Below the pieces are notes generated by a model. The model had not been told where the DNA came from and made no database searches. It saw only the letters and a list, made by a program, of their open reading frames with translations. A program made the translations under genes and the position numbers. Positions 13,575 to 27,221 of a stretch of 64,000 nt of DNA are shown here, in pieces. This DNA is from Lama glama (taxonomy: Eukaryota): the NCBI GenBank assembly GCA_028534125.1, contig CM052818.1, positions 4,900,001 through 4,964,000 of the forward strand, in the 5' to 3' direction. Numbering within the stretch: the stretch's first letter is position 1; each line of letters begins with the position of its first letter.

Positions 13575-13735
13575 CAAAAAGTTCTGGAGATAGATGGTGG
13601 TGATGGTTGTACAACAATCTGAATGGACTTAATCCCCTGAACTGTACTTTAAAAATGGTGAAAATAGTCAATTTCATGTTATGTATATTTTGCTGCAATA
13701 AAAATGTACATACTTAAATTAAAAAGAAAAAGAAG
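13575..13735 (+). mobile_element. L1MB-like 3' end
   Basis: AAAAGTTCTGGAGATAGATGGTGGTGATGGTTGTACAACAAT..AAAAATGGT..TTTCATGTTATGTATATTTT, then AATAAA and an A-rich tail. Confidence 0.8.
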
Positions 13736-14039
13736 GAATGAGTGTTTTATTTCAAAGTTTGGTAAGACAAGGAGAGTTTATGTTAAGAATGGACCAAAGG
13801 GACTGGACCTTGGTACTAGGCCCCCCAGAAAGGGAGTGGGCAGGGCTGAAATGGCCCAGCTGCCTTGGCTAACGGAGAAGTGTCCAGTTGTCTACAGAGA
13901 ATGCCCAAGGGTCAGGGTGATTTCTGTTCTCAAACCAGATAAACCAAGACCTGGCACTCTCTGGCTCTGAAGTCCTCAGTCATAAACTTCATGCCCACCC
14001 TCCACAGTAGAGGGAGAGGAAAATGTCCCTGAAGGTTTT

Positions 14040-14270
14040 CTCTTTGGTAAGAACACTAAACACGAGATCTCTGGTCTTAACAGATTTTTAAGTGTACAAA
14101 ACAGCATGGTTAGGCATAGGCCCAGGGCAGTACAGAAGATCCCCAGAACTTATTAATTTTGCATGACTGGAATTTTATACCTGTTGATTCGCCAGTGCCC
14201 CTCATCCTGCACCTAGACCTCTCACCACCGCCTCCACCCCACTACTGGCTCAGCATTTTGCCGTCTCTCA
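14040..14270 (-). mobile_element. L1MA/MB-like 3' end
   Basis: TAAGAACACTAAACACGAGATCT..TTAACAGATTTTTAAGTGTACAA..CAGAACTTATT reverse L1 3'UTR. Confidence 0.65.
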
Positions 14271-14499
14271 TGTTGGTCCTGACCATCGTTGGAGTCCCAA
14301 GAGCTCCAAACCCTGCTTCAAGAAAAATCTGGACACATTGGGGAAATTAGCAGACTTTCATGGTAGTAAGAGTTTATGCCCATCAGAATGCGAGCACATG
14401 CTACGGGAGCGCAGAGGAGCTCCCAAACATTTCCTACGATCAGGGCAAGATGCCCTCCTATGCACCAAAACCTAAAGTGAAAAATAGAAATCCACTGGC

Positions 14500-14730
14500 A
14501 AACCAAGCTGTCCCCAGGCTCCGCGGGGAACGCGGCAGGTGCACCGCCCCCGGTTCTGTCCTGGAGGTTGCGCTGCTGGTAGCAGCCTCCTAGCCTCCGT
14601 TTTTCTGCAGGTGGGCAAGCTCCCTCCTCTCCAGCCAGCAGCAGGTGACAGGGTGTGTGTGTGTGTGGGGGGGTGCTTCTTTCCCTGGTGACCCACTGTA
14701 ACATCCAGCCGGCTGGGCCGTCACCAAGTG
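14500..14730. promoter_or_regulatory. Small GC/CpG-rich patch with (GT)n tract
   Basis: CCGCGGGGAACGCGGCAGGTGCACCGCCCCCGG; E-box CAGGTG motifs; (GT)n at about 14653-14667. Confidence 0.3.
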
Positions 14731-17429
14731 CGTCATGGAATGCTTCTCAGCCTCAAGAATTTAATTTTCTTGACATAAAACATAAAGTTGGGTTCTCTCT
14801 CTCCTTCCCCTCTTGTTTTCCTTTTTTAGCATATATAAAAGAGACCGAAATGAAGGAAGCCTTTGGATATGAGTCTGTGGGTGGGTGATGGACACAAGCT
14901 GCAGCAGATCTGCTTCACCTTCTCTAGTTACCCTACCTGTTTGAAGACGGGTTTAAAGCTGCCTGGAACTGCATTTGACAAACAAAGGGACTTTGGGCTA
15001 CAGTCATCTCTAAGGTGTCCCCATTTCAAGCTCCATCAAGGCAAGGCTCTGCTTTGGTCATCTCTGAATCCCCAGGGCCCAGAACAATTCTGGCACATGG
15101 TAAGTAAGCACACACTGTATATATAAAATGAGTGGGTGAAAACAAGATTTTCCAGATGCCATGAGACAGGTCTATTTTAGATTTTAGCTCCTTGCCGACC
15201 AACACTGCTGGGTGTTCAGCGTTAACTTCCCCGTCTACCCTCCACCTGCCCCCTACTGTTCTCTGCACGTGTATAAAAGCTCTGTAGGACTGCACCTAAC
15301 GCACGGAACTGGATGTCCCCCAAGTGGGGAGACAACTTTTTTAGACACAGGAAGAATTGCTTCCCCACAGTGTCCTCCTTTACAGCAAAACCAGGAGAAA
15401 ATGCTGACTCAGTGGATTCCTTGCCTTTGCATTAAGAAGCCATTTAGAACCCCTTTCAGTCCTTTCTTTGGTCTCATGTAAAAATACAGCTTTTCTTTCC
15501 AAGCTTCCGATTAAGCAAAAAAAGAAAAAAATCTAACCCTGACCTATATTTTCCCGGAGCTCCCAAAGAAACCCAGGTGATTTTGAAATGTATTTTTCTC
15601 CCTCCTTTTCTTAAACTAGGGCCAGAAATGAGAGGATGTTCACGGGCCAGTTTGAAATTACTGGGAAAGATGTTAACAATACATCTTCTCATGGTTCCCT
15701 TCCCTCTTCCCCACCTGCATCTTCCAGAGAGGCTGATGCTAAGTGTGGGTCCTGCCAAGGAAGATGAGGCTGGAGGTTTTGCCAGGATGCCGGGGCCAGC
15801 CGTCAGGTGGCAGATTCACCAAGGAGCCCGCCAGCTGCCTGACTTCATTACCATGTATCATTATGTCTACGTCTTTAATTTTTTTTTTAATCACCTGATG
15901 CTATTTTTACTGGCCTGTCTGAATCGGGGGGGAGAGTGGAAGGGAATTCATTTCATGTGTTGTGGAACATTATTATGGGAAAATATTAGGACAAGTCTCT
16001 ACTTTCCTCCTTTGAAAAATAAGATACAAAACCAATTAAAGTTAAGTGATTACTGAAATGCATCTAATTAGTTATTAACTTACACACGTCAAACCACGAC
16101 GGCAGCTTCTGCAGCAAAAACCCTGTTGGGTGTTGATACAGAAGATAATTGATATCATGGAGGTCCCTGCTCGGCCGACAACTGCTTAAGGAAGCACCTT
16201 CACAGCTCAGAGCCCTTTGGGTGGGGGTACACTTTCGTCAGCCTGCCAAGATCTGTCACATATTATCAGACAACTGATCACCGACTCCTGGCAAGTCTTA
16301 ATCCATCGTTTGATCACACATCAAGAAAAAGTGCCTTTTATGTCATACATCCTGGCCATGAGAAAGGGCGGGGGGGAGCAGAGACTCAGGCTTCCGGCTC
16401 CAGCTCATTACTTTTTTGCAAATGATAGATGGGTTCGCTAGGCAATTTAACTTTAAAATGATCTTTTCCCCCTTCTCAAATAAGCAGATAGAAGGTGTTT
16501 CTCGGCACCAGCTGAGTGGAAGAGGAGTCGGCCTGCTGGTCCTTTTGTGTCTCTATAATAGGCGCCCATGTGTGGGTAGAGGCATGGATGGTTGGTAAAT
16601 ATGTATTTACTCAGTGTTACTGCAGCTACTTCTAAATAAGAGAATTTAAAGTGGACACATACAGAGAGACTAACTTGCACTCTCCAGGACATAGCCATAA
16701 TCATTTTACACATTTCTTTTAGAGCACTTACATTTTATACATAGTCATTTGAAATGACTTCTAAGTTACCAAAAAAAAAAGTAGGTATTATATAATAATA
16801 CAGTACAACCAGTTCAAAAAACAAAAATCACTACCATGAATTATTGTTGTGTTATTGTCAAAATTTTGACCTTATGTGTAGAGCAATATTCACTCTAGCT
16901 TTCTCAGAAGGGGGCAAAACCTAACAATGCAGAAATTAATCCTATTTCTAAGAGGTGATTGCTACTTGATATCAAAAATTTCAACTTTCTGTGATTACCG
17001 AGAAAAGAAGAGCTAAAACCTCAACATTTTTGAGGGATTTGATTCAAGTCACTAACACACACACATATACACATACCCTGGTGATTTCTAAATGGTACTT
17101 CCAAAGTTCACAGCGTTCTTTGAGGCCAGGAAGGAAAATTCCCAACTCCCTCCTCTCCCCCACTGAAAACCTCCCTGGGAGTCCTTCACGATCATTCCTC
17201 CTCCGTAGTTTGAAGACGCAGAGACCCGCGATGCAGTCTTCGCGTGCTTAAGTAAAATAAAAGGCGCTCAGAGATATGTAATTATGGCGTGTTTTCCCTG
17301 TTTCATGGCAACTGGATGAGATAAAAGATTTTTCCAAATATTAACCACCGAATTATATGGTGAACCGTATGTGGCTGGCCTGTTGCTTCTGTCAATAAAC
17401 TGAAAACACTCGGAGGCCAGGGACTGTAC

Positions 17430-17685
17430 CCCAACCCCTAGCACAGTGTGTGTTGGGCCCAAAAGGACTGCTCCAAACGATATTATTCTGGCGAGATGCA
17501 AAGGTCTGTAGCCTGGTTAACAGGGCTGTACTGATGCCAGTTTCCTGGTTTTGATCATCACACTTGTGTGAGATGTTATCCTCGAGGGAGAAGCGGAGAA
17601 AGGAGACACGGGGACCCTCTGTTCTCTTTTTGTAACTTCTAGGTGAATCTAAAATTATTTCAAAATAAAGTTGTAAAAAAATATT
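17430..17685 (+). mobile_element. L1MC-like 3' end
   Basis: TTTCCTGGTTTTGAT..GAGATGTTATC..TTTTTGTAACTTCTAGGTGAATCTAAAATTATTTCAAAATAAA. Confidence 0.7.
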
Positions 17686-18464
17686 TACTGAAAAGAGGAT
17701 AAATCTCGGATCCTTTAAGCCAGCTGAATGTGCTACCAGCTTGACGCACTGAGGCCTGAGGATGACACCCAGCAATCGCATGTACCATTTCATCTTGGTT
17801 TTCTTGTACCTCCTTCCCGTTAGACCCCTTTGCCCCATGCCCAGGTTCTGGTTCTGCCTGTGGTCCTCTGGGTGCGCTCCTTGTAGGTCATCTTTCCCAA
17901 AGTTTGGCTGTTAGCCCTCCATGAGGACTTTGGCTCAGGCTTACCTCTTGTATTTATCTCTTTCCACCACCACGCATCATTCTCCTTGGTCTTCTAAGCA
18001 CCCAGTTTCCCTTTGCCCAGATAGTGTGTGTGTGTGCATGTGTGTGTTTGCAGAAGGATGTGCAGAGTGGCAATGATGAGGAGTGAGGTTAAGGTTTAGT
18101 CCATGGTAACTCACATCTCCAAAATAGATTTCTTTTTATAAAGAATGATTTCTTGCTGGAGAGAGACTCTACCTAGTTCATCAGACCCATCAAACTGACC
18201 TCTTCTGCTTCACCAGATATTTCTTCCTCCATATCTGTCCTCCATGCTGGGTGTCAAGAGCACACTCCTTGTCATCATAAATGACAGAGAGAATGGACTT
18301 AGACCACGTCCTGAGGCCAAACAGCATGCTCTGTGCATTTATCTCAAACTTGATATGCCATTGGGGAATGGTCTGGGAACTTCAATGCCTTCTCCCCCAC
18401 ACTATTCATACAAAAGGCAGGAGACTGTAGTAGTTAACAACACAGGCATTGGAGTTATTTTCTG

Positions 18465-19110
18465 TTTTTTTTTTTTAATTTAAAATGTATTTTTTATTGA
18501 AGTATAGTTGACTTGCAATGTTGTGTTAGTTTCAGGTACATAGCAAAGTGATTATATATATATTCTTTTTCAGATTCTTTTCCATCATAGGTTATTATAA
18601 GATATTATAAATATAGTTCCTTGTGCTATACATTAGGTCCTTGTTGTTTACCTATTTTATATATAGTAGTGTGTATCTGTTAATTCTAGATTCCTAATTT
18701 ATCCCTTCTGCCCACCCCTTTCCACTTTGGTAACCGTAGTTTGTTTTCTACGTCTGTGAGTCTTTTTCTGGTTTGTAAATTGTTTGTATCATTTTTTAAA
18801 GATTTCAGATATAACTGATATGCTATTTGTGTTTCTCTATCTGACTTTGTTTCGCTTAACATGATAATCTCTAGGTCCATCCAAGTTGCTGCAAATGACA
18901 TTATTTCATTCTTTTTTATGGCTGAATAGTATCCCACTGCATATATATACAACACATTTTCTTTATCCCTTTATCTGTCGATGGACATTTAGTTTGCTTC
19001 TATGTCTTGGCTGTTGTAAATAAACAGTGCTGCTGTGAACAGTGGGGTGCATGTATATTTTTGAGTTAGAGTTTTGTTTGGATATATGCCCAGAAATGGG
19101 TTTGCTGGAG
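18465..19110 (-). mobile_element. L1 3' end (cetartiodactyl type) including ORF2 C-terminus, inserted into a MIR
   Basis: Minus-strand peptide YYSAIKKNEIMSFAATWMDLEIIMLSE is the L1 ORF2 C-terminus; 3'UTR and poly(T); MIR pieces on both sides. Confidence 0.93.
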
Positions 19111-19315
19111 GGGTCATATTGTTTTGAATACAGCTCTGTTTACTAGCTATGTGACTGAACAAGTTCCTTCATCTCTCTGTACCTTGGTATTCATCATCTG
19201 TAAAATGGGAATGATGGTTGTGCCTAACTCATAGGGATCTTGTGAGAATTATGAGAGTTAGGACTTTGAGAAATGCTAGGCTTACCCACGGTCAGCACTC
19301 AGTGAACGTAATTAC
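19111..19315 (+). mobile_element. MIR SINE, 3' part (5' part about 18420-18460)
   Basis: TACTAGCTATGTGACTGAACAAGTT..CATCTGTAAAATGGGAATGATG..CTCATAGGG..TGTGAGAATTA. Confidence 0.8.
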
Positions 19316-22300
19316 TCTTCTCTCATGCCTACTCCACTTCTTTTCCCTGGATGCCCCTCTGCTGCCTCCTAACAGTTCAGTGTGGTGACTGATGCTTAAA
19401 AATAAGACTTTTCTTTAAATAAGAATTTTGGAAAAAAATTTTAGTGGGGAATATTTTGCTAAACTTCTGGAAATAGTAGAAGGTTATCAATGGAATCTCA
19501 GAAAAAAAGTTTGGAAGTTAATTGATATCAAAGGAGAAATTTGATATAGGGTTTAAATTTCTGAATCTACTGATCAGATCACTGTTTGGATGAGGGCTAT
19601 GGTGGAAATGCGGGTGAACTTTGTGGAGACACAGCCGTAAACTTGGAACTTCTAGGGCTGGCTTTCTCCTTATAACTTACAGTGCTCTGACATGGGGGAG
19701 GCTGGGCTGGGTTTGGATTAAGCTAGACGTCACACTGCTGAGAAAGATAGGCTTAGAAGTTTCAGTGAATACATCCCTTTTTTGTTTTTTAAAGCAAAAA
19801 CAAGCTGAATGTTGACACTGGGTGACCCTAGACCCCACGTTTTAAATGTGGTGTTTAGGGCCACAAAAGAGTGTGGCGTGGCCATGTCTGAAGAGTGGAG
19901 TTGTGTTTTCAAAAGTTGCTCTGTTTTCCCAATATTTTCAGGGGTGAGTACTATCTCCCAACACTTGAACTAATGGCCTCCCAATCCCATACGAATGGCG
20001 TCCAATCCATCCCACCCTTTCCAATCAGCCACACAAAGTCATGAAAACGTGTGACCTGGTCCTCTCTCGTTAGCGCCAGAGATGAAGATTAAAAATCATC
20101 CTTTGGTAGCATTGATTGAGTTTGCACGATCTGCTTTGCAAGAAGCGTTTAGAACAAACAATGAGTTATGGTGAAAACCAATGTGAGCGAGCCATAGACT
20201 CAAATGAGAAGAGATCAAATTAAATTTTCATGTATCATAAATGAAATATCCGCGAGGGACTTCTCAGATGACCTTCAGGTTCGGAAAAAATTCAGTATGA
20301 AAACCTCCAACCTGAAAGAGATGAATTCAGGGCTAGATGACACACATTTCAGGTGCTGCGGAAGAAAAGGCCCGGCCAGGCACAGTAAACAAATGTAACT
20401 AGTTTTGGAGAAAAGCTATTGACAGTAAAATTCTAATTTTACTCCAGTTCCCAGAACAGATGTACAGCCGAGTCCATGGACTGCAATACTTAACTGCAGC
20501 TACTCAGCTGTGACCTTCAGCCCCAGGCTCACAGCAATAAAATTTTCATGCAACCATATGGAAGAATATTTTAATAGAGATTTACTGTCAGTAACTGTCC
20601 CAAAGGAGCAAATAAGGAAGCTGTAACATATTGCGTACAGTAAATCAAGGGGACTTCAATGGAAAAACGAAACCTCCCGGAGGCGAGCATCTTTAAAATT
20701 ACAGGCAACACTTTGTACAAATATGTGTACAAAGGACTAGATATGCACTCAGTTAAGTAGCTCAAAATGGTTTCGATTTGCAGATATATTTATTTAGAAT
20801 TTATTTATTGGATTTTGTAAGTGGCAAGCACTTACCTGTCAGGGCTGAATGCCAATGGATCTCCCTTCCCTGGGGCAAAACGGAAGTGCGGGAGGGGTGA
20901 TCGTAACTGAAAATCTTAACCAGGGAATGTGGCAGGCAGCATAAATTGCACCCTCTCGATAGCCAGGTTTCCCTCAATTCAGGGGGAGGCATTAACCACG
21001 GGGACAAAATAGTCCCTTAGCCAGTATATCAAGAGAACTGGATGAGTTAGTGGAAGGGGGGAAAATTCAGCTTAAAGGATAATTGGGGAGATATGTTGAT
21101 TAAAAATCCCAGTGGGGCAGAATGCATTCAGAGTCCCCCCCAGGAAGGTTAGTTAGGTTCTCCCCAACATTGTTTTGCGTGTAAAAATGCCTCCTGTTTT
21201 GCAGGAAGCTACAAAATACGTATCTTTGTCTAAATGGGTCTTGGGCTGGTTGGAATCAGCCCTAAACTAGATCTCAGGTTCCTCTTCTCCTGACCCTGTG
21301 TTTATTTGAGGACACGAGCCCCTGGCACGGGGTCACGGGTGAGCTGAAGGAGGGCTGGTGTCTGAGCGTGTCCCCTACCCAGCTCCACACTTCCATTCTC
21401 CTGGTTACCATCACTACACCCATCCCTTGCTCGGCTGCCGCCCTTGCTGTTAAGAGCATTTCAGCTTCACATATTTGTTTCCTGAGGGCAAACAAGCAGC
21501 CATCTCTCCCCCTCCCCTCCACTGATAGAAACTCAAATGTGAGGGGCAGTAATTCAGAGATAAATAGACCGAACACTGCCCATGACAGTTCTATTTTACG
21601 GCAGAGAGAAGACCTAAAGCCTGAAAAACTCATGTGTAGAGAGAGACACAGCATGAATGCCTCATCCATGGCACGTAACGAAGGAAGGCATCTTGACCTC
21701 AGACCAAAAACCAAAGTACCCAAGTGCCCGTGAATAGGGGACTCGAGTGATAAATCTTTATGCTTTGCTACGTGCCCGTGGGTTGTCACATTTGACAGAG
21801 AGTCATAACAGTAGAAGAATGGTCGGATCTGCTAAAGGGGCCTTAAGCATCCTATCCTTCTGTTGAAGGGGTCCCAATTACTGCAAAACACAGGTAACGT
21901 GCACCCACAAAACAGGGTGTGCACACACAGGTTAGGTTACACACTAAAAGTGGATTATCTTGACTAATCAGAACCTGGCTGGAAATTGTAATACAATAAG
22001 AAAAACGCTCGCGATGTTAGTTCATGAAATTAGATTAATGCAGAAATCGTGTTACATGGTCAGCGACGAGTCCGTTACCCACCAAGCTTTCCTAGTGTTT
22101 CATCGAATGTCTTTTTTTCACAGTTGAATATTATATTCCCCCAGCCCTTTAACTGGACTGTATTTCCCATCGAAATTGAAGTTGAAAGTAAAAGGGCTAT
22201 TCAAAAAAGTTGTTTGTTTGGGGACATGAAAGTATGCTTGATATGTGTAGTTTGTTCCTTTGAGAGAAAGGCTCTTTGGGGTAAATCTCCAGAGTCTTTG

Positions 22301-23174
22301 CATTATTTGGCCATGACCACGTTTAGAAACATTCTTTTTGTCTTTATAAGGAATAGCATGGGCATGTAAAGATGATTCTCGTCTGTGTTTAATTTTGTGA
22401 ATTTACCAAGAAGGGTGAGTCATGTCTTATTTTTCTGATCCCATCTCTAAAACAAGTGATGTCAGAATGCTCACTCACAAAAGGCATTTCCCCTCCATCA
22501 CGTCAAGGTTCGGTGACCTCGGCTAGCTCTGTACCCAGAGCAACCTGGCCAGTCCAGCTGGTCCCTCTGCTCTTCAACCCACTCTGTTCTGGCGCATTGG
22601 TTTCCTCTCTGTCCTCTGCAGGGTCTATATTCCATTGCTCACACCCTGGAGACACGTGACTGCAGAATAGAATTGTTTTCCTTCCTTCAAACCTCTCCAG
22701 GCTGTTTCTGTCTTTCAAGACTCAGTTCAGAGCTCTGGGTACCCCAACAACCCTACCCAACCATTCTAGACCCATCACCAAATGCTAAATAAAGGTCAAG
22801 TCATTTTCCACTGAGCAGCTAATACATTCTGAGACCATTAAGAATTGTTTAATAAATACCCATTGATAATTGATGGGTTGATCTTTGACCATCTTCTCTT
22901 TCTTTTCACCACTTTGCCACATACTTGGACTTCCCCAGAGAACAGCGAAGAATGTGTTCTGAAGAAATTTTTTATTCTTATTCCTCCCACGGGGAGCAGG
23001 CTGGAAAGTAGTCATTCTTTAATGCAATTTTCCTCCACCTGTAGACGTCATTTTACAAGCTACAAATGATGTGAGCAAAATGTAACAATACACCCGCCGA
23101 CCCAACAAAATCTCCCAAATTAAAAGCAATATACAGCTGGAATGAGTAAAATAATTTGCTAATTAGAAAAGTGT

Positions 23175-23315
23175 TCATGATAGAGAGTAAGCTCCTCACA
23201 GCTGGAAGTTATCAAACAGATCTAACTCAAGAATCTGGGAGAAACGATTTTTATAAAGGATCGGAGGTTAGGTTCAATAATTTCAGGATCTTTTCCAAAT
23301 CTGAGATTCTGTGAT
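23175..23315 (+). mobile_element. L3/CR1 (or MIR3) 3' end
   Basis: CTGGAAGTTATCAAACAGA ... TTCCAAATCTGAGATTCTGTGAT terminal motif. Confidence 0.55.
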
Positions 23316-25704
23316 AACTGTCCGAATTTAACCAACTGAAAATGACTTTAGTCATTCTAAGAGGCGGGTTTTTTATATTCCAAATATTTAAAAATTACAG
23401 TCAGAGTTAGGAAATTAATTTGAAAGAAATGTGAAAATAACTGGGCATTAATTGATTGACCAAAGTCAAAAGAATGGTTTCTTAGGGTGGTTTGGGTGGC
23501 CATGAAGCGCTTTGGAATCAATCTTGTTCTTAGAAAGTGCATCTACTATTTGATTAACCTGTACATGTAAATGGGATGGTCACTGTGCACATTTTAATAA
23601 ACCAATATTTATGTGCCCATTGGTCTTGTCCATTTTCCGGTCTGTGATTTGTTAACCTTGGGTACATGAAGGGAAGCAATGGATGTATTGCCCCCTTGGG
23701 CATCTGAGGGAGCTGTGCCACTGCTGTGGTTCCCTGTCAAGGTTAGAAACTAGGTCGTGTCTTTGCATGGTCATAGTTCCAGATATGTGGAACCGATATT
23801 TTGCAAGTGGGCACCAATGCAGACACACCAGCCACAGCCTAGTTAATACCTGTAACATTGTTTATTACCTCGATTTTCTTGGCTGCTAAACATCTTGAGA
23901 GACGCCTCTGAAGACAGAGTCCATCATGCAGAATTCTTGGACACCAGATGCTTGGGGTAAGTAAACCAAACATCTGATGACCATAATTTTTTTTCATTTT
24001 CATATAATCTTTTTTTGATAGATGTTCAGAGAAACCACAGAATTTTGTCTTTTCATTATTTGAGTCTCAGCATGGTCAGGATATGAAGAGATTTTGAGGT
24101 GGAGGTTGACAGCAGGCTCAGCTGAGAACAGTGCAGTTGTGTACAGATGCCACTCATACATACGTAAGACTTGCTAAAACTTTATTAATCTGTGACAATG
24201 TAGGCAAGTTTTAATTATAGAATCCTTACAAATTAATGTAGCGCTGCTCCTTTCAAGTGAATAGTTTTTTTCTAGTGAATAGAATGTTTTCTACTTTATG
24301 AATGTCTTCTGAGCAGGCGTATGTGTTATTTACAAGTAAACAGGTGCTTTGAAAGTGTTTGATGAGTTTATTCACTAAGGCCTTGGAATTATTTTTGCTC
24401 TTCTAATTGGGGAAGCAAACTTCTCCCCCTCAGGGGGAAAAAAAAGTCTACTTTACCTGAAAAAACACAACGTTTGAATTAGCAGTGTCTGAATCAAAAC
24501 TATTTTAGATTAAGAAATGCTATAAACCCAGGGGTATATTGTGATTAAAGTGAGTGTGTTTGGTAAAAATCAGTCTGATTCCTCCAGACTAACTAACATA
24601 TATCTACTTAATTAGTTAGTCTAAAGTGTCCTGACTCACAGTTCAACAATGAGTTTTTTATGAACTTGCTGCGTATTTTGACCCATTATTTTTTAGCCAG
24701 GATCATACCTAAACATCCAAAGATGCAGCAGAGAGCAGAGAACTGGGTGGTAAGCTAGAGATGGTGGTTCTGAGGCCACAAGTGGATTTCTGTTTGGACA
24801 TTAAGAAGTAATGACATCAAGAACTGCAGGCCAACCTACCCTGCTGGTCTACAGCCAGGGGGACTCCAGCCGTAAGTATGAACAATCCTTGGCCTCTCTT
24901 GGAGTGAGATTTTTGGATCAGTCCAGTATTGTTATTCATATCCTTGATGTAATTATAATTATTTGACATAATTATATGAACTAAAGTCACTCATGCACAA
25001 CTCCCTTGTGTGTGGGAAGCATAGAGTAAAACAAAGCATGACATAGTTGATCTGTAGTATGGTTTTAGTTCTTCTCCATACCTTCTCAGAGTTAGCTGCC
25101 TGAATCTGGGTCAGTGTGATGGAACATCATTCCAGAGGCTGGGAAGAAGCGCTGAGATAAACTGACAAGGTCATGATGAGGTACGAAGGGTCCTGGCACA
25201 TTTCAGGGTAAAATTGATCTTAACAAGACCTCCCCAGCACCCTCCCCACCTCTACCATTTCACAACCTATATTCCCAGAACATGAGTATCAAGATTTCAT
25301 TTGCCTTGGAGCCCTTCCAGAAATTAACAGCGTTAAGAAGGACCATTCTATTAAGTCAGGATGGTGTCCAATAAAAGCAATGAATGATTGGAAAATGGAC
25401 TGTTTTAATGCTGCTCAGTAAAACCATCGTGAATGTTCTTAATTATGCAATTCCATCCTTCCTGTATAATTGGCTTTTTTTTTTCTCTCATGGTATAGAA
25501 TAAACTGAACTGGGGGTCAGAGCCTTTTTAATATGGTTATATTTGACTAGTATTTGAAGATGATGAGATGAAATATTTAAGTGTGTAGAATGATTTGGAC
25601 TTCCCTAGACAAGCAAAGAGCATGAAGTTTCATAGGACTGGCAAGAACAAAGAAAAATTGTACCCTTCAGAGATAGTCAAACTGTTTGCAAGACTAGAGC
25701 CCTC

Positions 25705-26147
25705 CATTTTTTTACCTCATTTTATTATGTTTTTAATTGAAGCATAGTTAATTTACAATACTGTGTTAATTTTAAGTGTACAGCAAAGTGTTCCTTATAT
25801 ATGCATAGATATTCTTTTTCAGATTCTTTTCCATTATAGATTATTACAAGGTATTGAATATAGTTCCCTGTAATATACAGTAGGTCCTTGTTGTTTTTCT
25901 ATTTTATATTCAGTAGTTTGTATCTGTTAATTTCAAATTCCTGATAACCTCCTCCCCTTTCCCCTTTGGCAACCATAAGTTTGTTTTCTGTGTCTGTAAG
26001 TCTGTTTTTGTTTTGCAAATAAGTTCGTTTGTATCATTAAAAAAAATTCCACATATAAGTGATACCATATATTTGTCTTTCCCTGTCTGACTTGACTTAG
26101 TACGATAATCTCTAGAATAGAGACATAGAATAGAAAACAGCCAACTT
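25705..26147 (-). mobile_element. L1 3' end (cetartiodactyl type) with 23-bp TSD
   Basis: L1 3'UTR (TTATTACAAGGTATTGAATATAGTTCCCTG; GGCAACCATAAGTTTGTTTTCTGTGTCTGT); peptide LEIIVLSQVRQGK; flanking repeats 25682-25704 and 26148-26170. Confidence 0.9.
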
Positions 26148-26171
26148 CTGTTTGCAAGAATAGAGCACTCT

Positions 26172-26400
26172 GTTTTAAATGTTTATTCCTTTGGTTCTGA
26201 GTAGTTATTGAAGCACATGATTCAAAATTCAAGAGGTACAAAAGGGTGTATAGTGAAAAATCTCCCTCCTTCCTGGCATTCGAAGCAACTAATGTTATCA
26301 GATGTGTGTGGAGCTCTCAGAGGTATTTTATGCATATTCAGGCAAATACGTGTAAACCTCATCTGTTTTTCTATTTGCAAGCATGGCAGCGTTCTCTACT
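26172..26400 (-). mobile_element. Old L1ME-like 3' end
   Basis: CACATGATTCAAAATTCAAGAGGTACAAAAGGGTGTATAGTGAAAA. Confidence 0.55.
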
Positions 26401-26977
26401 GGGATTCTATATCTGAGCATTCAGTTCAGGTACTGGGGATACAGGTGAGCAAAACCTAGCCCTGTTGGGAAGTTTACCTTTCCATGGTGGGAAGCAGGCA
26501 AAAAGCAAAAAAAAAAAAAAAAGAACAAAATAGTTGCAGATCATGAGTGTTTGCTCTGACTCCCCCACAGAACACATATGTGGAGACATGGGAGTTGACA
26601 CAGAATTCACGAACATGTTGACCTTCCATCGTAATTTGGTGACCCTAAATTTCAGGTGCACACTCGTTCCTGCCTGACAATGCTTGAAACCACTGTGCAA
26701 CGTTCATCTGACGTGGCAAAAGCTGTAGATACAAGAGGCCCACAGAGAGTCACACCCAGATATGATGTTTAATGGAATGTCTACAAAGAGTCTGGGGCCA
26801 TGATGTAGACAGCTGCTTCTCATCTGTACTCACTGTTCTGATTATATTTTAGTCATTCTGCAAAGCCAGCAAATTGGGTACAGAGAACTAGACTGTTCTC
26901 TTATTGTGGTCAGTATGCCAAGAAAATTGGAACGGCAAGGAGAGGACGGATTGCTAAAATGAGAACTCTGAAGGGCA

Positions 26978-27221
26978 GAGAGGAATAATTAGGAGTTTGG
27001 GATTAACGTATACACACTACTATATAGAAAAATAGACAAACAACAAAGACCTACTGTGTTGCACAGGGAACTATATTCAAGATCTTAAAATAACTTACAA
27101 TAGAAAAGAAGCTGAAAAAGAATATATACATACATGTATAATTGAGTCACTTTGCTGTACACTTGAAACTAACACAACATTGTAAATCAACAATACATCC
27201 ATAAAAACAAACGAACAAACA
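26978..27221 (+). mobile_element. 5'-truncated L1 3' end with TSD
   Basis: TAGGAGTTTGGGATTAAC..ACAACAAAGACCTACTGTG..CACAGGGAACTATATTCAA; TSD AACTCTGAAGGGCA (26964-26977) / AACTCTGAAGGACA (27222-27235). Confidence 0.9.

Noticed and set aside
21274..21789. Longest ORF outside the gap (171 aa, minus strand) and an overlapping plus-strand ORF
   Set aside because: Non-ATG start, no recognisable domain or exon structure; this length can occur by chance
24586..24622. Perfect 11-bp hairpin AGACTAACTAA/TTAGTTAGTCT with a 15-nt loop
   Set aside because: A stem of this length is roughly expected by chance in 64 kb of AT-rich DNA and is too short for a pre-miRNA
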